This document shows, one piece after another, positions 54,370-64,000 of a stretch of DNA of 64,000 bases (position 1 is its first letter; each line of letters begins with the position of its first letter). Below the pieces are notes generated by a model. That model saw only the letters and a program-made list of their open reading frames with translations, was not told the origin of the DNA and ran no database searches. The translations under genes were made by a program, and so were the position numbers. The stretch is from Adineta vaga (taxonomy: Eukaryota; Animalia; Rotifera), in the NCBI GenBank assembly GCA_021613535.1, contig CP075496.1:682001-746000 (forward strand), written 5' to 3'.

Positions 54370-55979
54370 ATGACAACAAAAAGAACATCAATGACTAAAC
54401 ATATAATGCTTTCATATCAACGAAATAGTTCAAATATAGTTTTAAAAGTTTATGATTATTTAACTAAAAATCAATCAATACCTATTTGGATGGATGTATA
54501 TGGAGGAACAATTGAATATCTAACAACAAGGTAAATATTAAAAAAACAACGTATTAAAAGATTTATTTATTTATTTATTTTATAAAGTTTGGCTGAAGGT
54601 GTTGAAAATTGTTGTTTAATAATTTGTTTTTTAACACCGGAATATCAAGCATCTGTATATTGTAAAAAAGAATTAACATATGCATCGGAATTACAAAAAC
54701 CAATTATTTCGTGTCTTTTGGGATCAAATGATAAAACAACAAAATGGAAACCATCACAATGGTTAGGTTTAACAATTGCTGATCTTTTATATTTAAATTT
54801 TACAAAAGTAAATGATGATAATTTCGATGAAAAATGTCAAGAATTACTTGACAAAATTCAATTAATTCTTGGAAATAATTGTTTATCATCACCACCACCA
54901 TCATCATCATCTCAGCAACAGTCCGACATAATTGTGAAAGAAGAAAGCGATGATGATGAGTTCGAAACAACATCTTCATCAATTCTTCCATCAATCATTC
55001 ATGAAGGTCCACAAATAAATGATGATATTCCAACCGTAACTCCTCAAATCCATTCCAATGAAGGCGATTCTTTTATTCATCTCATAAATCAATCATCTGA
55101 AATTGAATGTAATCAAGATCTATATGCAAGAAATGGTCAATTTTTCAATTCTTTTACATTATCTCGTTTGATTTTTCATAACACAAACACAGAACATGCT
55201 ATATCAATTCTTAAATTATCTGCTGAATATGAACAAATTTCATCAGAAGATGGAAGTAAAGAATGGAAATCTTGTCAAATAAAACAAAATAATAATGATG
55301 AGATAATTAATCTTGATCCAAATAAACTTTTCCTATGTTCATTAACAATTCAAATTCAAATAACTGGTACACCTGGTATTGATAATCAACATCGTCTTCG
55401 AGCACATCCTCTTTTACCACAACCACTTCGAATTCGAATTCAAATTGAAGATACACAAATGAAACATTCCAATCTTCTTATTGAACAAGTATTATTTCAA
55501 TATTTTTTTATTAGAAAATAACTTGATGAAAATTTTAGATCAATCAACCATTAAATTTACCAACATTAGAGAAATTAATTGATAAACTGCATTTATCTTC
55601 ATCAACTATTCTTGGTTTTGTTTCTACTGATGATTGTTCAATTGAAATTCGATATTTTGTTTTAATTTATTCAATAAATGATGATGAAAAGAATTCTTTT
55701 ATTAAATTTACATTTGGTTGTGATCTTTCGTGTTTTCGTTCACCAACATGGGATAAACAATTCATTAAAACTTTACAAAAACGGGCAAAAAAAGAGCACC
55801 GATTTGAATTAATAGTTCATGAGGATATTTTCGATTCATTTATTCATTGTTTAGCATTATTTAATGAAAATTTCAAACTTCATGCTATTCGAATTACAAT
55901 TAAAACAAAAACATCTCAAACTATACAAATTATTCCATTACCAATTCAACAAATTTTTGCTGAATATGATATTTTTTAA
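54370..55979 (+). CDS. TIR (TIR_2-type) domain protein with an acidic linker and unknown C-terminal domain, 3 exons
   Basis: HIMLSYQ..IPIWMDVYGG..LAEGVENCCLIICFLTPEYQASVYCKKELTYA..KPSQWLGL; introns after ~54530 and ~55488; stop at 55977-55979. Confidence 0.85.
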
Positions 55980-56039
55980 ATAAAAAATAAATCCTTTCAC
56001 TTCCAACATAGGAATATTCTAGGATTCATCAAGAATAGA

Positions 56040-56340
56040 ACCTGAATTTCATCGTGAATGTTCTTTAGTCTTCTTTATCAAGTATATTTACATACTCCTT
56101 GTTGTTGCATATATAAAGAGGAAAAAATAAGATAGAAACACGTTAATATAATCTGACGATGCTTTGAATAAATAATATTTTACAGGATGCAACAAATGTT
56201 TTTGTGGAAGACAAATATGTTTCTTTAAAAGAAGTTCATATCGAAGGAAAAATTCATTCATTTCCGAGTGATATAACAATCAAACAAATCTTTCGTAATG
56301 TTGAAAAGAATTGAATTGAAGAATTCATTTCAAATTTGTA
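56040..56340 (+). pseudogene. Degenerate 5' fragment (promoter plus first ~55 codons) of a VWA5A-like gene
   Basis: Inverted similarity to ~59330-59690, including tatataaagag and atgctt(T/C)gaataaa; contains stops. Confidence 0.8.
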
Positions 56341-56568
56341 AAGTATATGAGTTCTCCATTAATTTCTGTCCCTAACTATCAATTAATTATATTGTCATTT
56401 TTTGAACAGACGTGTCTTGCAACTCGACTACATTTGATAGTCAGTTGAATATCACTTAACTATTTGTTTTTATGTTCTTTATATAACATAGCAAGTTTTA
56501 TATATGAAATACGAAATCTTTATATTATAGATTATCAAAAATGAGTTATTCCAAAGTATTTCTTTATG

Positions 56569-56882
56569 CACGGAAAAATACTCGAGCAATCAAATACAAG
56601 AGAGAACAGTAAGGGAAAAGACCTAGTGGAAAATTCCACAAGGAAAAAAAACACGACTATGTACTTGAAATTTGATGTGTACATGCGTAAGAATGAAAGA
56701 GAAGGAAAAGAAAAATGTTGTTCTTACTACGATAAGTCATGATACGAACAATAGATGATATTCATGGTTTAACACAATTAATGACAAAACAATAAATAGA
56801 AACGAAAACAAAAGAAATTCTCCAGTCAATAGTCATATTTATGAAAGAATAAGGTATTTTATCTTTCTCATTTTATTCCGTG
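56569..56882. mobile_element. Possible CAC-terminated (CACTA-like) MITE
   Basis: cacggaaaaat ... ttttattccgtg; the 2-bp flanks do not match (tg/tt). Confidence 0.35.
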
Positions 56883-57037
56883 TTTTCTTCTATAATATAT
56901 TACTTTAAGTAGTTCCTTCATATTATTTAACTTTAATTCTTACAAATAAAAACATTTTTTGATGATTCTCTTTGTCTTTATTTTAATAAAACTTTTAAAA
57001 TATAAATCTGATTTATTGAAAGCAACAAATAAAATCT

Positions 57038-59527
57038 TTAAAGTTGTTGACGAATTTGATCGTAAAAAGATTGATATTGATTTTGATCTTTGTTAAGTAA
57101 ATCTAAAATTCGTTTTTTTGATTTTTGTATAATTCCATGACACATTGATGAATATGATGAAAAACGTGTTTCTAATAGAATAAGAATTATCATCGAAATA
57201 ATTAATTCTTTTTTGATTGAATATTGAAATTCTTTTAAAGATTTTCCAGTTAATTTTTCAATAATTTTCGGGTCAAATGACCATAGACCATCGAAATTTT
57301 GTTTATCGATTAAATAACGAACGATATCTTCATCATCGCTTGGAAATTTTTCTTTTTCTATACTTCTACGCATTCGTAGTCGTGAAAGAATGGAAGAAGC
57401 AAGAGAAGAAGATGGTGGACTAGTACGATCGAAGGTGAAGTCCGACATTTGCGATTGGCAGAAATTGTCATCATTTATAGAACTTCCTATTTTCGAGCAT
57501 TTAATCACAAAACCATTTTGAGACGAACGTTTGGGTGCACACGACATCATACAACTGTTAAGCATTCCACTTGCACTAGATAAACTTGCAAAACGTGGCG
57601 TTTGTAAGTGTTGATCATCAGCTGAAATTTGAATTGGAACTTCACGTAAAACCATTTGATCATTATTTCCATTTAAACGTTTTTCAATTCCAATAAAAGA
57701 TGTATGAGGACTTAAAATATGATATTTTAATGATAAATCAATAATACGTTTCTTTTGTTCTTCTTTTTGTTCGTCAATAGATTGTTTATTTTCTTCTTGA
57801 AATCTTGGTTGCGTTGATCCTTTACGAATTGGTGCTAATTTTGAATGTTGTAATTCAAGTATTAAAGCTTTTCCAGCTAAACGACTAATTGTTTGATTCG
57901 TAATTATATTTGGTATTTGTGTAATTTTTGCTTCACTTAATTTATTTTCATTATTAAATAATTCAATTTCAATATTATGATCAAATTCATATGATGAGTT
58001 ATCAAGAAATCCATAGATAATCAAACGATCATTTGCATAAACGGGTGGGAGAACTTTTGGTGCTGTTGTTATTTGTGAAGATAAATTCGATTTAATTTGA
58101 ATATTTGTTATTGATGGTTGAAGTGCTTTTTCTAATTGTTGTCCAACAAATGTATCAACTTTTGTTGATGGTGGAATAAAACAAAAACGACCATTTGTTG
58201 AACGTGCTAAACCTTTGACTAATGAACGACTTGGCGAAGCTCCTAAGCCAAATGAAAAGATTCGAGATGATTTTGACATTGAACGACATAAATCAAGAAC
58301 TTGATCAACATTAGAGATTTCACCATCAGTTAAAAGAAAGATTTGTCGAGAACGACCTTCTTGTGGTGGATGTTCTTCAAGCCATTTTAATGGATTTAAC
58401 TAAAATAAGAATAAAAGAATTAAATTAAAGTTTTAAATAAAATACGTTTCACTTACTAATTCTGTTCCACCTAAATCTGCTCGCATGTTTTTAATTAAAT
58501 GTTCTGCTTTTTTTGAGTTTTCTTCATTATAAACAACAGTTGCTGAATCAAATAATGATTGATAATCTGATCCAAATCGAATAATATTAAATTGAGAATT
58601 TAATGGGAGACTTTTAAGAAAAAGTAACATTGATTGTTGAGCATAACCAATTTTATTTTCATCTTGCATTGATCCACTACAATCAACAATAAAGAGAAAT
58701 TCATTTGTTGTTTCAACATTCTTCATTGCACGTCGACAATCTTCTTCATTTGGTGTAAATGAAATCATAAAAACATTTGATTCAATTGCTAAAATTGTAT
58801 TTGATCGTTGTTCATTTAAATGAATATCAACAAGAATATCACGATCTAAATGTGTATTAGTTTGACTAAATTTTATTAAATAATAATCTGTTTGATTTAA
58901 ATCAATTTGAATTGGATGAGATGATGAACTAACACTTGAAACATTTGTTTTATCAATTTGACATTGAAATTCAATTGTATATGGTGTTGTTTGAATATAT
59001 TGAGAATTTGTTCCTGCTGGTGATGATATTCCACCTTGGGATGGATTATAACGAGGTGCAATGGTTGTTGGAACAACAAAATGAATTTTTTTTCCATTTT
59101 CGATCAGATCTAATTCAGTAACATATGATATTGTTATATGACATTCTTTTCCAGGTAAAAGTGCACCAATATTAATGATGAAATTATCTTGTGATTGTTC
59201 ATTTTGTTCGAGTAAATATGCACCATGACCTTGTTGAAGAGCATCGTTGTATTGTTTTTGTGCTTCTTTTTTTTCTTTTAATTCAGCTTCAATTTGTCGA
59301 TCATCAATTTGTGCAACAAATTTATAAATTGCTGCTTGTTCTTCAATTGGAAAACAATAAACAGCTTCAATTGGATTGGTTTCTTCATTACGAAAGATTT
59401 GTTTGATTGTTACATCAGCTGCAAAAGAATGAATCTTTCCTTCAACACGAACTTCTTTCAAAGGAACATATTTTTCTTTAACGGAAACATTATTTCCACC
59501 TTGTAAAATACTTTTTATTCGAAGCAT
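57038..59527 (-). CDS. VWA5A: VIT plus von Willebrand factor A domain protein (VWA5A/LOH11CR2A-like); intron at 58400-58456
   Basis: VIT motif NPIEAVYCFP..EKKEAQKQY; MIDAS FIVDCSGSM; ADLGGTEL, IFLLTDGE, RIFSFGLG; LSLKYHILSPHTSFIG; QNFDGLW. Confidence 0.9.
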
Positions 59528-59769
59528 CGTTTGACTTTGTCAATCTGTTTCTATCTTTGTTTTTTTCTCTCTTTATATATACGATGAGCTTGACTATGTA
59601 AAACTCATCGATGAATCATAATAATGACGTCATTTAATAAAAATATATTCAATGAATAAGATGAAAGAATGTTCTACGTGAAATCCAGGGTGAACAAATA
59701 AGACAAAAGAAGGGTTTTTGGTTTTCAAAATTATGAATAACATACATTATCTCTATAAAATAAGATAAG

Positions 59770-59925
59770 TATTTATTACAAATATTTCAATATGGCAAGA
59801 AAATACACTTTCATTGACTTGTGCAATATATTCTATTGATGATGAGTCATAGCAATGTTTCTATGTCGGAAGTGAAAGGTTCTAGTCTTTGTTTAGAAAA
59901 TGTCATATTCAGCAAATTTTTGAAT
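59770..59925 (-). repeat. Inverted copy of the TIR-gene tail/VWA5A upstream segment (matches ~63800-63950 and, partly, ~55945-56040)
   Basis: Reverse complement reads ttgctgaatatgacattttctaaacaaagactagaacctttcactt, identical to 63807 onward. Confidence 0.85.
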
Positions 59926-61101
59926 AGTTGTTGATGTTTTTATTTTAATAGTAATTTTAATTGTATGAGATTTAAAAGACTGATTAAATAATGCTTAACA
60001 ATACAAGCATTCCAGTGTCTTTTTCAGCACTTCATCTGTGCGACGTGCTCACCGAATACTGATCTTGCCCTCTCCTTGTTATATCAAGTATGATCACTTC
60101 TGCATAAGCTGTGTTCATTAAAAGAAAAGGCACGATTGTGAATGTGCAGATGATACAACACTTCATCATATCGAAAGAATAAGCAGTCATACTCATAAAT
60201 CGTCACAGACGGCACCTGCTTTGCACTTTCTCTCTTGCTACCAAATAAAAAAATCAAATGATTCGGTCTTCTATTTCATTATAATTCGACGTGATGGAGA
60301 CGGATATTATCTTTCTTGCATTGAAACATGTTGTCTTCCGACAATTTTATACATTCTTCTCTATATGTTTTTTTTGTAAAATGAAAACGTTTCATTTCTT
60401 TGAGCACACAAACAAACAACACAGCTTATTTACATATTTTTCCCGTGCATGTGCATAGTAGAGGTTAGTTCGCGTTGTAACTTAAAATATCTGACAAAAA
60501 TATGATTATATATGTAGACAAATGATTGTTTTTCGTAACCGTTAGTTGACTTCATCAACATTGCTCTCATAGATCTCAGGCAAACTGAAAAATTCAACAC
60601 GGAATTAATCAATACGACTCACATTGCCATATGAAAAGACTAATCATCTTTCTCAATTTAGTAATAAATTCTCAGTCTGTTTCTCCCCATACGCAGACAA
60701 AAACATTCTAATTAACATTCACGAATATGTGCCCAGACAAGATACCTGAAAAAAATCTATATATGAATGGTGTTCAGTTAGAAGATGACGAACAAACAAA
60801 CGTAAATCGCTCAAAATACTATCAAAACGAATTCATTATTATATCATTCAGGATATACCATCAACGTCAACTAAAAAACACTTTATTTCGCTTCAAATTA
60901 TAGTTCAATATATCGAATTTTCATCTACGGACGTGAAGAATCCAAAACTTGATTCTTTTGTTACGCCAATTCTGGCAAAGAAAGTAATTGACTTTGTACA
61001 TCTCCTCAACAATGAAAAATCATTGTCCCATGAGGTAAACCACTGAAAAGTAGTTTCATTTTTTTGATACCCTTTATTTTGTAGAAATAAAATACAATCT
61101 T

Positions 61102-61286
61102 CCCAGGTCAATGAAAACGGAATCGTTTACAATGCGTTTCTGGAATGTAAACCGTGACAAAACGGTGACTTTACGGCCGAAAATGAATCGTTTTTGCTCC
61201 GTAATCACGGGCACAGTGTTACGATCAGTATAGTATCCGTTTTTATATCGTAAAGGCCGTATACGGACCGCACCGTTTGACCTGGG
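61102..61286. mobile_element. MITE, CCCAGGTC...GACCTGGG family
   Basis: TIR cccaggtcaa / ttgacctggg; 2-bp TSD TT. Confidence 0.85.
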
Positions 61287-62194
61287 TTGGGTGAAATATC
61301 ACCGATCGTAAACGACTGTGATGTCTAGACCAACCGTATACGGCCATCGTATTACACGAATTACGAACCTATTCCGATACATTGACACAGTTCGTTTTTT
61401 AAATTGCAATCCACAGGTTTGTGACTAAAATCTAAAAGTTAACACTTGATTTGTGTTCGCCTACTTGAATTGCAGCTTCAATGAACCACTATGAATGATT
61501 TATTTCGCTGAAAAGACGTTCCTTCCAATGCGAAAAAGCTAATCCTAAAAGATTGAAAAGCTAACAGCAGATTCGTGTTCCTCGGGTCCAATTAACCTCT
61601 GGTGAACCTTTATTAAAAATGAATTCGAGAAAAGTGCCCTTTTATATGAAAAGAGCGATTTTTAACGAAAAACGGCGTCGTGTACGACAGTAAACTTTTG
61701 TACACGGAACTCGTATTCATGCATCTGTGAGGAGCAACTAAACAATATGTCGACATTGTACAGCACGCTGGTACTTCATCGTGACATTTATTACAATTAG
61801 AAAATATTTTTTGAATATTTATCAGAAATTGCTTATTATAATCAAGAATGTTATGTGAATCTGTCGACGTTCCCACGCCTATTGGAGCCTATTAAACAAC
61901 TTTTACAAGCTTTCATTGAATTTTAAAAATAAAATGTATTTTTTTCTCTTTTTCTTTGATTTTCTTCTTTTAAACACTGAAACACCTTTTAAAATCCATA
62001 TTTTACCGTCAAAATGATATCTCAAATATTATAAATAAATTGAATGTGAAAAATCCTCGACATATGGATTATTAATTAACTCATCTCTACATACAAATAA
62101 ATATTTATTTCATGTGAATAATAAATATGTAAACATCGGAATGAAATCCGAAAGTTATGTAATACTTCAAAAACTTTCATGACGATAGGTATTG

Positions 62195-63388
62195 CTAGTA
62201 ACGCGGCGAAATAGCCGCACACCCTCTACTGAAAGGATATAGTCAGATCGCTTATGTCACTTGGACTAAGGGCAGAATTGTATCCATTCGTAAGTCCAAT
62301 CACTTGTTAATTTGTCCAACAGTCTTCTATTCATGTTCATCTTGCTTACTTTGACCTTCTCAAACTAACGTGTAGTCGTTCGTCGGCCTCCCTTTGGTCA
62401 GCGACTCACGGCTAGCTGTTGATATACAATCAATTTTTCTATTTTAACACCTCAAAATAACTCGTTCTTAGTGGATCGGTTCCTAATCGAGCATATTGCA
62501 ACTTTATGTAACAGTATGATGTGTATTACATATTTTATTTTTCCTATTATTTTCAGGCATGGATAATCTGTTGAGTCCGTTCTTAAAGAGACTTCAAGTA
62601 CGTTCCTTCGAAAACCCATTCAAGGTACCGGAGACTCTCAAATATAGTCGTTGAAGTAACTCTAGAAATAAACGTCTAGCCGTTTCTACCGAAATATCCA
62701 TTGTACTCTCCATTTTTCATTTTCTTTACAAGCGAATGAATGAGTTGACTTTTATTCTAAACCCTCCTCAAGAGTATAAGCCCACTGGGCTTCTAATGTG
62801 TCCAGAAAATTATAAGTCTAAAGGTGGGCTTATATTTGGGCACTATTTTTTTCGCATTGCTGATTAGGTGGCTTCTATTATATCTGGAAAATTATAACAT
62901 TGATAGTGGGCTTTTATTCTGGAGGGGGATTTATGTCCAAAACCAATGACATTATATTGTATATAAGCCCCACGCACAATTAGAATGAATCAGAAAATGT
63001 TAGCTCTAGAGTACTATTTCTAACCGCTCATAATCATTTCTCAAATTCTAACAGCATAGTTGATTGCCTCGTATGCTAAGTACCAGAAAAGACGTGAGAA
63101 AATAGTCCACAAAAAACTAACGTCTGATTCAGTTTCTCCGACCGCGATTATCTTTGATCAAACTTTATTGCAAAATAATAATTATTGAATAATTAGTTAA
63201 TTAACAAATTAAATAATTAATAATTCAGCAAAACTAACATTAGATTCGCTTTTCTCGACTTCGATTACCCTTCGGTGAAGTTTCGTTCAGGACTACTCTC
63301 ATTAAATAAAATATCTAACAATGTTATGATGAACGAACGAACGAACTTTAACTCATTCTGCGTATACCCTCCTTTCAGTAGAGGGAAT
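62195..63388 (-). mobile_element. Full-length Helentron/DINE-1-like element (family B), ~1.2 kb
   Basis: 16-bp perfect subTIRs ccctctactgaaagga (62222-62237 / 63370-63385); 5' hairpin and (GTTC)n microsatellite; 3' stem-loop gcggc-tatttc-gccgc followed by gttactag. Confidence 0.8.
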
Positions 63389-63689
63389 AAAGACTGATAA
63401 CTAATGCAGATATCATCAAGACGAAGTTCACCCAAATTCCTCTGATGACTTTCATCGTAGTGGTTTCACCTTCATACTGATCTTCCACTACACATTAGCG
63501 ACTGTGAGCGAAAGTTTGATGGCGGCAGCTATTGCGTAGATGGACAACTGACATGAAGATCATCTGGGTGAAATTCGTTCCGATAAGTTTTCTATCAGTT
63601 ACTAGTCCCTATAGTCGTTACTATCATGAAACTTCTTTCGAAGTACACACAATTCTCGGATTTCAATAGGAGGTTTTTGTTTCAATTAA

Positions 63690-64000
63690 GTTATTCGTTG
63701 TTTAGCATTATTTAATGAAAATTTCAAACTTCATGCTATTCGAATTACAATTAAAACAAAAACATCTCAAACTATACAAATTATTCCATTACCAATTCAA
63801 CAAATTTTGCTGAATATGACATTTTCTAAACAAAGACTAGAACCTTTCACTTTCGACATGGGACTGTTTCTCTGACTCATCATCTATAGAATATTGCACA
63901 ACTCAATGAAAGTCTATTTTTTTGCCATATAGAAATATTTTTCATAAAAATGTCTGATTTCGTGAAGACAATGTATGTTATTCATGATTTACAGAGACAG
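63690..64000 (+). repeat. Third copy of the TIR-gene 3' end plus VWA5A upstream region
   Basis: 63698-63820 is nearly identical to 55847-55970; it continues as the inverted match of 59770-59925. Confidence 0.85.

Noticed and set aside
61590-61900. piggyBac-like TTAA-CC end and 87-aa ORF
   Set aside because: Only one candidate end and no transposase motifs.

Overview
AT-rich eukaryotic genomic DNA with many short (~50-60 bp) GT-AG introns. The gene families present (F-box/LRR expansions, intronless GPCR, TIR protein, DYW-type PPR, bacterial-like enzymes) point to a bdelloid rotifer; this is an inference. The left third is an interrupted tandem duplication of a mind-bomb-like E3 ligase plus F-box gene unit. 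It flanks a fumarase-like gene disrupted by three insertions. The second mind-bomb copy is a pseudogene whose ~50-bp intron has been expanded by two Helentron/DINE-1-like elements; one spans ~8.4 kb and encloses a spliced F-box-LRR gene. The middle holds an orphan gene, TTC7, a TagF-like glycosyltransferase candidate and a Na+/K+-ATPase-type pump with remodelled ion-binding residues. The right part holds a GPCR, a bacterial VlmD/HDC-like decarboxylase, an EGF-repeat protein, a PPR-DYW gene with two in-frame TGA codons, a P450, a LURP-like gene, and a TIR-VWA5A cassette present in three partly deleted copies. Best leads: the gene-carrying Helentron-like element, the non-canonical P2C ATPase, and the PPR-DYW deaminase gene. 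All homology calls are from recall, not database searches.
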